Shown here one piece after another: positions 54,151-63,200 of a stretch of DNA of 64,000 bases. A program made the translations under genes and the position numbers. The notes under the pieces were generated by a model, which ran no database searches, had not been told where the DNA came from, and worked only from the letters and a program-made list of their open reading frames with translations. The stretch is from Bacteroidales bacterium (GTDB taxonomy: Bacteria; Bacteroidota; Bacteroidia; Bacteroidales; WCHB1-69), in contig JAGCVQ010000028.1 of assembly GCA_017962275.1 (NCBI GenBank), positions 3,740-67,739 of the forward strand, read 5' to 3'. The first letter of the stretch is position 1. Each line of letters starts with the position of its first letter.

Positions 54151-54801
54151 ATGTCCACGTTTGACCTCATAGAACCCGAAATCGAGGCTTATTGCGAGGC
54201 GCACACGACCGAAGAGTCCGATCTGCTTCGCCGGCTTTATCGTGAGACGCATCTGCAGACCATCAACCCGCGCATGGCGTCGGGACAGCTGCAAGGACAG
54301 TTTTTGTTGCTGGTTTCCAAGATGATACGTCCGCGACGCATTCTGGAAATCGGCACGTTTACGGGTTATTCTGCCATCTGTCTGGCTGAGGGGCTTACCG
54401 ACGACGGCATTCTGCACACGGTTGAGGTGAATGAGGAGTACGAGGAGCGCATCCGGCGGTATTTTTCGGAGAGTGCTGATGGTGGGAAGATGATGTTGCA
54501 CATTGGCGATGCGAAGGAGATTGTGCCGACGCTCAGCGAGGAGTGGGATTTGGTGTTCATCGATGCGGAGAAGACCGACTATCAAGACTATTACGAAATG
54601 GTTTTCCCGCAGGTACGGAAGAATGGTTTTATACTGATTGACAATACGTTATGGAATAGCAAGGTGGTACATGAGGTGCGGCACAACGACCATGACACGC
54701 AGGCGGTGATGGCGTTCAACGACAGAGTGCAACGCGACCCGCGGGTACGCAACCTGCTGCTGCCTTTCCGTGACGGTTTGATGATGATCGAGAAATTATG
54801 A
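54151..54801 (+). CDS. class I SAM-dependent O-methyltransferase (caffeoyl-CoA OMT/YrrM-like)
   Basis: [14 protein letters not shown] motif and FIDAEK. Confidence 0.85.
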   Translation: MSTFDLIEPEIEAYCEAHTTEESDLLRRLYRETHLQTINPRMASGQLQGQFLLLVSKMIRPRRILEIGTFTGYSAICLAEGLTDDGILHTVEVNEEYEERIRRYFSESADGGKMMLHIGDAKEIVPTLSEEWDLVFIDAEKTDYQDYYEMVFPQVRKNGFILIDNTLWNSKVVHEVRHNDHDTQAVMAFNDRVQRDPRVRNLLLPFRDGLMMIEKL

Positions 54802-55481
54802 TGAGAATAGACATACTGACCCTTTTCCCCGAGATGTTTCCGGGCGTGTTCGGCAGTTCCATCCTGAAACGCGCCGTCGAGAAGCAGTACTTGGAGTTGC
54901 ACGTGCATGACATCCGCGACTACACCTACGACAAGCACCACCGCGCCGACGACTACCCGTTCGGGGGCGGTGCGGGCATGGTGATGATGGTGGAGCCTAT
55001 AGCCCGCTGCATCGAGCAGCTGCAGAGCGAGCGCGACTATGACGGCATCTTCCTGATGGCTCCCGACGGGGTGACCTTCAACCAGCAGAAAGCCAATGAG
55101 TTGTCGATGCTGCACAACATCATCCTGCTCTGCGGTCACTACAAGGGCGTTGACGAGCGCGTGCGGGAACTGTATGTCACGGGGGACCTCAGTATCGGTG
55201 ATTACGTGTTGTCGGGTGGCGAATTGGCGGCGATGGTCATCACCGACGCCATCGCGCGGGTGATTCCCGGCGTGATCAGCGACGGGGCTTCCGCTCTTTC
55301 CGACTCCTTCCAGGATAACCTCCTTTCCGCTCCCGTCTATACCCGTCCGGCGGATTTCCGGGGCCACCGTGTGCCCGATGTGTTGCTCTCCGGCAATCCG
55401 AAACTGATTGACGAGTGGCGTATGAACCAGCAACTTACACGAACCCAAGAACGTCGTCCCGACCTGTTGAGCCATGAATAG
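54798..55481 (+). CDS. trmD: tRNA (guanine37-N1)-methyltransferase
   Basis: [13 protein letters not shown] and [10 protein letters not shown] motifs. Confidence 0.93.
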   Translation: MMRIDILTLFPEMFPGVFGSSILKRAVEKQYLELHVHDIRDYTYDKHHRADDYPFGGGAGMVMMVEPIARCIEQLQSERDYDGIFLMAPDGVTFNQQKANELSMLHNIILLCGHYKGVDERVRELYVTGDLSIGDYVLSGGELAAMVITDAIARVIPGVISDGASALSDSFQDNLLSAPVYTRPADFRGHRVPDVLLSGNPKLIDEWRMNQQLTRTQERRPDLLSHE

Positions 55482-56787
55482 TCTCCGCACATACGTCCAA
55501 TCCCTCCGCACCCCGGACCGGCTTTTCAACGCCAGCTTCCTGCTGCTGATGCTGGCGGTGGCGTTGCTGCCGTTCACCGTCTATTGGATGTGGCCCATCG
55601 GCATTCTGCTGGTCATTTTGTGGGCGGCGCAGGGCGATTGGCGCGGGAAATGGGAGAACTTCAAGGCCAACGACGGAATTCCCTACGGGCTGTTCCTGTT
55701 CGCCGTGTGCCTTATTCCGCTGACTGGTCTGATCAATTCAGAACACCAGAACTACGCCTGGCGGACGGTGGAGTGTTATCTATGGTTCTTCATCGCGCCG
55801 CTTATTCTGCTGACGAATTCTCGTAAATTACTGACGAAGAATCATATACGACTGCTTCTTGCCGTTTTCTGCGCCAGCGTGTTCGTGAACATTGTGGTGC
55901 TGGATGTACACGGCATTTACAAAACCCTCACGACCGGGGACAACACCTACCTCTACTATTCGACCTTCTCGTATCTGCGGCACCCTACTTACGTCTCGTT
56001 GTACACCACGTTCGCCTATCTGGTGATTTTGGTTTACCTTATTGATAACCATGATGTTATAAAGCTTCCAAGAAAGATTCTCCTTTACCTCGTCGAGGCC
56101 ATCATGCTCATCGGGGTCTTCTGTCTGTACTCGCGTGCCGGCATCATCACGTTGGTGGCTGTCCATCTGCCGATTGCCGTTTACGCGGTGCGTAAGCGCA
56201 AGACCGAATGGAAGTGGATGTTGCTGGTTTTCATCGCGATAGCCGTGTTATTCACGTTGCTGATGACCACGGATTTCATGCCGATCAACCGTTTCACGGA
56301 GCCGAAATACACCTTGGAAGAGGGAACCGAGCCTACCAAGACCAGCGATGTGCGGCTCATCCTCTGGCAGGCGGGTTGGGAGGCGGCGGTCGAGAACCTG
56401 CCCTTCGGGACGGGCACCGGAGACTGTTTCGACGCGATGCGTGAGAAGTACCACAGTCACGGCTACTGGATCGATTTCGACCACAACTACAATGCCCACA
56501 ATCAGTATCTGCAGGCGTTGCTCACGAACGGCATTCCCGGCATCATCCTCTTGCTGCTCTATTTCTTCGCCCCGCTTGGGGAATCGATCCGTTATCGGGA
56601 CATCCTGCTCTTGTCCCTCTTCATCCTGCTGGCGTTGAACAGCTGCTTCGAGTGCCTGTTCGACCGCCGCTTCGGGGTGGACTTCTTCGCCATCATGGTG
56701 CCGCTGCTGATGCTGCGAGCGCAAAGGATGTGCGCTAACGAGAACGAGATTCCGTCACCTTCTGACTTCGGTGACGGAATGGTGTGA
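55474..56787 (+). CDS. O-antigen ligase (Wzy_C) family membrane protein
   Basis: Polytopic membrane protein with the [16 protein letters not shown] motif. Confidence 0.8.
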   Translation: MNSLRTYVQSLRTPDRLFNASFLLLMLAVALLPFTVYWMWPIGILLVILWAAQGDWRGKWENFKANDGIPYGLFLFAVCLIPLTGLINSEHQNYAWRTVECYLWFFIAPLILLTNSRKLLTKNHIRLLLAVFCASVFVNIVVLDVHGIYKTLTTGDNTYLYYSTFSYLRHPTYVSLYTTFAYLVILVYLIDNHDVIKLPRKILLYLVEAIMLIGVFCLYSRAGIITLVAVHLPIAVYAVRKRKTEWKWMLLVFIAIAVLFTLLMTTDFMPINRFTEPKYTLEEGTEPTKTSDVRLILWQAGWEAAVENLPFGTGTGDCFDAMREKYHSHGYWIDFDHNYNAHNQYLQALLTNGIPGIILLLLYFFAPLGESIRYRDILLLSLFILLALNSCFECLFDRRFGVDFFAIMVPLLMLRAQRMCANENEIPSPSDFGDGMV

Positions 56788-56802
56788 CATTAATAGATCA
56801 TT

Positions 56803-57735
56803 ATGAAAAGGATAACCGTACTACTTTTGATCGTAAGCCTCTTCGCAAGTCTGTTTGCGCAGGAGAAAGAAACCTACCTTTATGCGGTGAAGGATACCAG
56901 CAAGCTATACTTGGACGTGTATGTGCCGACGGTGCAGAACGAGCGGCAGGCGTGTCTGTTTTTCGTTTTCGGCGGCGGGTTTATCGGCGGGAAGCGCGAC
57001 GACAAACAGGTGCAGAAGCTCAAAACCTACTACACCGACAAGGGGTACGTGGTCATCGCGATCGATTACCGGTTGGGGATGCGCGGGCAGAAGAACTTCT
57101 CGGCGCTGGCTTCGGTCAAGCAGTTCGACTGGGCCATCCAGATGGCTTCCGAGGATCTGATTTCCGCTCTCGACTACACGCTGAAAAACCTCTTGGAGAC
57201 GAAAAAGTACAAGATCAACCCGAAAAATATCATTTTGATGGGCAGCAGTGCCGGGGCGATCACGGTGCTGCAGACCGATTACGCGCTTTGCAACGGCTAT
57301 TTCAACAGCGGCATTCTGCCCGCCGACTTCCGTCCCGCCGGGGTCATCTCCTACGCGGGGGCCATCTTCTCCCATCACGGCCGGCCCAAATACCGGAACC
57401 ATGCGCCCGCGCCGACCCTTTTCTGTCACGGCACGGACGACAAGCTGGTGATTTACAAGCAGACCAACATCGCCAATCTCGGGCTTTTCGGCACGAACTC
57501 CATCGTGAAAGAGTTCAAGAAGAAGGGATACGGGCACCATGTCCGTCGTTATCCCAACCTCGGGCATCAGGTAGCCATTTTCTACAACGATGAGTTCCCC
57601 GTCATCGACAAATTCTTGGAGGAGATTGTCTTCGCCAACCCGAAAATCCAAATCGACGAGACCTATTACAACCCCGACACCAAGCCGATGTGGAACAACT
57701 TCCGCGTGCGGGATTTGAAGAGAGTGGAGCAGTAA
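56803..57735 (+). CDS. secreted alpha/beta hydrolase (carboxylesterase-like)
   Basis: Signal peptide, VFGGGFIGG oxyanion motif and GSSAGA nucleophile motif. Confidence 0.8.
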   Translation: MKRITVLLLIVSLFASLFAQEKETYLYAVKDTSKLYLDVYVPTVQNERQACLFFVFGGGFIGGKRDDKQVQKLKTYYTDKGYVVIAIDYRLGMRGQKNFSALASVKQFDWAIQMASEDLISALDYTLKNLLETKKYKINPKNIILMGSSAGAITVLQTDYALCNGYFNSGILPADFRPAGVISYAGAIFSHHGRPKYRNHAPAPTLFCHGTDDKLVIYKQTNIANLGLFGTNSIVKEFKKKGYGHHVRRYPNLGHQVAIFYNDEFPVIDKFLEEIVFANPKIQIDETYYNPDTKPMWNNFRVRDLKRVEQ

Positions 57736-58124
57736 CCAAAAAGGAATGCTGTTCGACTGCGTTCGCATCCTCTTCGGCTCGCCAAGGGAGGTCGTTTTCT
57801 TATATGCACTACGGCCAATATGTCAAAGAACGTCTGAAATCGGCACATAGTCCGACTTCCGTTTTGGAGTGCGGCAGATCTGTCGGATTTCAGGGGCAGA
57901 CATACCGTGCACGCCAAAAACTTTGCAAATATACAAAAAAAAAGAGGCTTTGTCAAGGGGTAAATGCATTTTTAAGCATTTTTAACGGTGCACACGTCAT
58001 TCCGCCGACATCAGGATGCGGAAGCCCCTCCCCGCAAGGGCACGGGGAATCCGAAATGCGCTTTGCAGACGAAAGTTGCCGATTTGCTGCGGAGAGTTGC
58101 CAAATCCTCCGAAAACCTCACTGC

Positions 58125-58161
58125 AAAATTTAACAATTCAATTTTTGAATTGTTAAATTTT
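58125..58161. promoter_or_regulatory. 17-bp-arm perfect AT-rich palindrome
   Basis: AAAATTTAACAATTCAA-TTT-TTGAATTGTTAAATTTT, about 70 nt upstream of the -7 box at 58232. Confidence 0.5.
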
Positions 58162-58231
58162 CATGCATCTCGTTGACTGTCAATACCGAAAAAAAATTCA
58201 CAAAACCCTTGACAAACGCCTTTCAGTGTTG

Positions 58232-58239
58232 TATATTTG
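58232..58239 (+). promoter_or_regulatory. -7 promoter box TAtaTTTG
   Basis: 26 nt upstream of ATG 58265. Confidence 0.5.
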
Positions 58240-58264
58240 CCATGTTAATCAATACAGAACAGTT

Positions 58265-59455
58265 ATGAATTTTGAATCACTCGTAGGACGCATCAACCTC
58301 ATCCAAGATGCACTTCAGGCACAAGCCGCTCACGCGGTCAATCTCTCGCTGACAGCCCGCAACTGGCTGGTGGGTTATTATATCGTGGAGTATGAGCAAC
58401 ACGGTGAAGATCGCGCCAAATACGGCGAAAAACTCATCAACAAGTTGTCTCAACGGATCAGCCGAAAAGGCTTTGAACCACGACGTCTGCGCGAATACAG
58501 ACAATTATATATTGTGTATCCAATTTTGGGTGTTGAGATTGAAAAATACATCAAAGTTAACCAGCCTTTGCTGCTTAAATTGGAACCATCAATTTGGCGG
58601 TCGCTGCCCGCCGAATTACAATTGTTTGATAATCAAGAAAATGCAATTTGGCGGTCGCTGCCCGCCAAATCTGAAGAATGGGCCACTCCGGCTGATAGAC
58701 TTTTCTACCGAATAAACTACACCTGTTTATCATATTTGACTAGCATAGATGATCCTTTGAAACGGGCCTTCTATGAGCAAGAAACCATTCGTGGATGTTG
58801 GACTAGCAGAGAACTCGACCGCCCAGTGTCCTCTTTATACTACGAACGGTTGGGACTGTCCAAAAACAAGAAAGCACTTCAACGCTATATTGCCCAAAAC
58901 GTTCAACAGCTGACCCCTCAAGACATTCTTCACGACCCCGTCACGCTTGAGTTCCTTGATATGGAATCTCAAGATATTTACAAAGAAACCAAATTAGAGG
59001 CAGCTATCCTGAACAACCTTCAGAGATTTCTTTTAGAGATGGGCCACGGATTCTGTTTTGAACACCGGCAGAAACGCATTCTCGTCGATCAGGACTACCA
59101 CAAGGCCGACCTGATTTTCTACCACCGTATCTTGAAATGTCACGTCATCATAGACCTGAAGATTGATCGTTTCCGACACGAGTACGCCTCTCAGCTCAAT
59201 TTCTATATGAATTATTACAAGCACGAGGTAATGCAGGAGAATGATAACCCGCCCATCGGACTGCTGCTTTGCACCGACTATAGTGAGACTACCGTCCAAT
59301 ATGCTATCGAAGGGCTTTCACAGAATTTGTTTGTCAGCAAGTACGGAATGCAACTGCCTTCCGAAGATGACCTCCGCAAAAACATGTTGAAGGGCATCAC
59401 GGAAGAGGATTTCGAAAGAATGAAAGAAACACAACCCAACTCACAACAACCGTAA
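58265..59455 (+). CDS. PDDEXK nuclease family protein (YhcG/DUF1016-like)
   Basis: N-terminal DUF1016-like helical region and a C-terminal D...IDLK PD-(D/E)xK core (ADLIFYHRILKCHVIIDLK). Confidence 0.8.
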   Translation: MNFESLVGRINLIQDALQAQAAHAVNLSLTARNWLVGYYIVEYEQHGEDRAKYGEKLINKLSQRISRKGFEPRRLREYRQLYIVYPILGVEIEKYIKVNQPLLLKLEPSIWRSLPAELQLFDNQENAIWRSLPAKSEEWATPADRLFYRINYTCLSYLTSIDDPLKRAFYEQETIRGCWTSRELDRPVSSLYYERLGLSKNKKALQRYIAQNVQQLTPQDILHDPVTLEFLDMESQDIYKETKLEAAILNNLQRFLLEMGHGFCFEHRQKRILVDQDYHKADLIFYHRILKCHVIIDLKIDRFRHEYASQLNFYMNYYKHEVMQENDNPPIGLLLCTDYSETTVQYAIEGLSQNLFVSKYGMQLPSEDDLRKNMLKGITEEDFERMKETQPNSQQP

Positions 59456-59503
59456 CGCAATCCTCGCACACCGCCCGCAGACATCCTTTCAAACTGTTGC
59501 TTG

Positions 59504-59935
59504 TCACATCAGTACCACGCACGCGATCTGCCATCGCGACGGGGTGAAGTCGAAATGATAGACGGCGGCGCCCCATCGGTCTTTGATGCGGAGGGTGTTC
59601 CCGTCAAGGTAGTAAAGCGCTGCGCCCCAACGGTCTTTCTGGCGGACGGTGTTGCCGTCGAAGTAGAGCAAGACATCCCCCCAGCGGTCCCGCATCCTTA
59701 CTGTGTTCCCATCGAAATAATAGAGCTTCTCGCCCCAGCGGTCTTTCTGGCGGACGGTGCTGCAGGCGGTGTCATACCAGAGGATCTGTTCGCCCCAACG
59801 GTCATGTATGCGCACCGCATTTTCTTGAAAATAAAGAAGTTTGGCTCCCCACTTGTCTTTCTGATAGACAGTCTGGGAGATACCCGCGGCGGAGAAGGCG
59901 AGAAAGAACAAGGCGGCAATGAGGACTTTACGCAT
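59504..59935 (-). CDS. small secreted protein made of six 18-aa DRWG repeats
   Basis: Signal peptide, then repeats of VRxKDRWGxxLYYFDGNT. Confidence 0.7.
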   Translation of the reverse strand: MRKVLIAALFFLAFSAAGISQTVYQKDKWGAKLLYFQENAVRIHDRWGEQILWYDTACSTVRQKDRWGEKLYYFDGNTVRMRDRWGDVLLYFDGNTVRQKDRWGAALYYLDGNTLRIKDRWGAAVYHFDFTPSRWQIACVVLM

Positions 59936-59955
59936 AAGGCAAATCGTTTGGGTGG

Positions 59956-59963
59956 CAAAGATA
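59956..59963 (-). promoter_or_regulatory. -7 promoter box TAtcTTTG (minus strand) for the DRWG-repeat gene
   Basis: Reverse complement of CAAAGATA, 21 nt upstream of the start at 59935. Confidence 0.45.
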
Positions 59964-59984
59964 GTAAATAATTCTGACTACACA

Positions 59985-60114
59985 CCCATATCGTACCCAT
60001 AGGTTTCCCATAGTGTACCCATACTGATGCCATACTCTTGCCATACTCTTAAGTATGGCTACACTATGGCTACAGTATGGCAACAGTATGGCATCTCCTT
60101 GCGAAGGGTATGGC
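59985..60114. repeat. dyad-symmetric array of 11-bp phased repeats (six CCATA units, then five inverted TATGG units)
   Basis: Motif starts at 59985, 59996, 60007, 60018, 60029 and 60040, and inverted at 60054, 60065, 60076, 60087 and 60109. Confidence 0.85.
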
Positions 60115-60186
60115 AAAGACGATGGAACATCGACACAAGATATTTTTTAACCGTCAGCTGAAAAAGGCGTGTTCCGACAAAAAATG

Positions 60187-60194
60187 TATATTTG
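60187..60194 (+). promoter_or_regulatory. -7 promoter box TAtaTTTG
   Basis: 68 nt upstream of ATG 60262. Confidence 0.4.
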
Positions 60195-60261
60195 CCGTTT
60201 GGGATGTTGTCCCGAACTGTTTTTTAATTGTCTATAAGTCAAATAATTAAATATCAAAAAG

Positions 60262-63200
60262 ATGAAGAAAAATTCTATTCTTTGCAGCGTCATCACAATG
60301 TGCATGATGCTGTTCGCTTTTGTCGGATTCGCCCAGATCAACACCAATGGGGGATTCGAAAGCTGGACCGGCACATCCCCTGACGGATGGTATGGCAGCA
60401 AAAGTAACATTGGGACTGCCAATGTGGTGAAAGTGGATTCCGGTGCGCATTCGGGTAATAATGCCTGTATGCTTGTCAACACAGAAAGCGGTCACAAGCG
60501 TTTCACCACCCAGGCGGTGCATGTGGACAACGGCACTCAGTACGTGATTTCTTTCTGGGTGAAGGGCACAGGTGACATCCGAGTCGCTATGTACGATGGA
60601 CGTGCGACAGGCTCCGGCTATTCGTCTTACAGTGCTTGGAGTTCCATCGACGGCAGCACATATCAGCAGTTTATTGATACTTTGGAGGCTGCTAATACCA
60701 CGAATGCCGCTGAGTTCATTCTCTCTGTCCGCAACACGGACGATGACGATGACAATCTGATTGTAGATGATGTGGTCATTACGGCTGTCTCCAACCCCAA
60801 TTTCGTGGCGGAACCCACTGTGACCCTGAGCGGTAACATGCATTCGGCGAACACCTACTTCTCCTCCGCCACGGTCACGATGTCCGCCGACAATGGCGCG
60901 TCGGTCTATTACACCCTGGACGGTACGGATCCGACGACCGCCTCCACGCTTTACACCGCGCCGTTCACATTGACGCAGACCACCACGTTGAAGGCCATTG
61001 CCGAGCTGAACGGCAACAGCAGCTCCGTGGTGACCCGCAACATCACGATTCTCGACCTCAATCCGCTCTTCTTCGAGAACTTCGAGACGAGCGGCCTCAA
61101 TCAGATGACGGTTGCGAATGTTTCAGGCACATACGCTTGGGTGACAGCCTCTTACGGCGGAAACACCTACGCTTACGCCAACGCCTACAACCAAGGCGCC
61201 ACCGAGACTTGGCTCACCACGCCCGCCATCACGCCGTTGAATGCGGGTGGGGTGGTGCTGACCTTCTCTTCCGCCAAGAACTATACGGGTCCCGGCATCC
61301 AGGTCAAATATTCCACCGATTACACTGGAACGGGTTCTCCGGCAGCTGCCACCTGGACGGACATTACCTCGGAATGTGACTTGAGTACTGGCTCATGGAA
61401 TTGGACCGAATCCGGCGATGTGGAAGTCGCCGGTGTCGCTCCGATCTATTTCGCGTGGGTTTATACCAGCGAGGCTTCTGCTGCCGCTGGATGGGAAATT
61501 GACAATATCATGGTGTTGCCGGGCGATGCTCCGGTACTTACCCCAGCGCTCACCATCACTGCGCCGGCTAACGGCAGCCAGTTCAGCAGTTTGGACACGC
61601 TGCCCGTCGGCATTGAGATTCAGAACTTCACCCTCGGCACGGACGGTTACCTCAAGGTTGAGTCGCCGCTGCTGACCGCCATCGGGCTTACCAACCCCGC
61701 ATATTTGGATCAGATGGGTCTGGCCCTTTTGCAGCAGGCTGTGATTACGCCGCTGCCGGCCGGTACGCACACGGTTACCTGCTCGTTGGTGGATATGAAC
61801 CAGGCTCCGCTCACCCCCGCCGTCTCTGCGACCACCACCTTCACCGTCACCATGCCGGTGCTTGATGCTCCCGTGATCACTGCCGCGGGCGACGAGGCTA
61901 CGGGTGACAATACCTTCTACTTCAACGCCACCGTCACCATGGCGGCCGGCAACGATGCCGCCATTTACTACACCACCGACGGTACTGTTCCTACGGATGC
62001 CTCCACGCTCTACACCGCCCCCTTCCAGGTGACCGCGACTTCCACCGTCAAGGCCATCGCCGTGAAAGCCAACTGGCAGACGAGCGATGTGGCTACTTTG
62101 GACGTGACCATCACCGCCCCGACGGTTGTCACGCCCGTGTTCACGCCGGGTACGGGTACTTACGCCGACAGCGTGACTTTCACGATCGCCACCACGACGG
62201 AGGGCGCTGCTATCCGCTACACTACTGACGGTAGCGAACCGACGGCCACTTCTACTCTCTACAGCGCACCCATCACGCTGACTACCACGACCACCGTCAA
62301 GGCCAAGGCGTTCAAGGACACTTGGTTGGATAGCGAAACCGCCACGGCGGTCTATACCGTGGTGTATGACCCTGTCCTGTCAGTGGATGTCACGGCTCTG
62401 AATTTCACCAGCACGCAGTTGTCTCAGACGTTCACCGTCAGCGGTGCTCACCTGACCGATCCTATCACGCTGACCTGCAACAACACGCACTTCACCGTCA
62501 GCCCTGCTACCATTTCCAACCCGAACAGCAACACTGTGGTGACCGTCACTTTCGACGGCACTGAGCCGGCTACGGGCACGATTACGGTCGTTTCTGACAC
62601 GATGAGCGAGACCATCGCCCTGACCGCCACCGCGCAGCTGCCTGCCGTTGTGCTTGATCCCGCCACGGAGACCAGCGACAGCCTCATTACGGTGACGATG
62701 AGCTGCACTGTGACCGATGCCGCTATCCATTACACGACCGACGGTAGCGAGCCCACTGCCGCTTCTGACGTTTACAGCACGCCTGTCGTGTTCAGCACGC
62801 CGGGCACCTATACCGTGAAAGCCGTCGCGGTGAAGACCGGTTGGGAGAGCAGCGTTGTGACCACGGGTACCTACACCATCAATGAGCCCCCGGCACCCGA
62901 CACGGTCCTTGTGCCGGTGATCACCCCCTCCACCGACCTCTATTACGAGCCGCAGACGGTGACCATCATCTGCGCCACGCCGGATGCGGTGATTCGTTAT
63001 ACCACCGACGGTACTGTGCCGACGGAAAGCTCCACGCTCTATAGCGCTCCGTTCACGGTGAGTGCCACCACGACCATTACCGCCAAGGCTTGGAAAGTCA
63101 ACATGATTCCGAGTGAGGCCGCTTCCGTCACCATCAGCTTCCCCGAGCAGGTGGCCAACATTGCCGCCTTCAAGGCTGCCGCCGCCACCAACCAGGAACG

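Noticed and set aside
57690-58133. 147-aa ORF, and the 57666-57956 and 57988-58176 ORFs, in the gene-free tract
   Set aside because: They overlap mutually, have no promoter box or signal, show odd composition and match no recognisable motif. The tract is treated as non-coding.
59501-59971. 156-aa plus-strand ORF opposite the DRWG-repeat gene
   Set aside because: The minus-strand frame has a signal peptide, a -7 box and a regular 18-aa repeat. The plus frame is its mirror image and has no start context.
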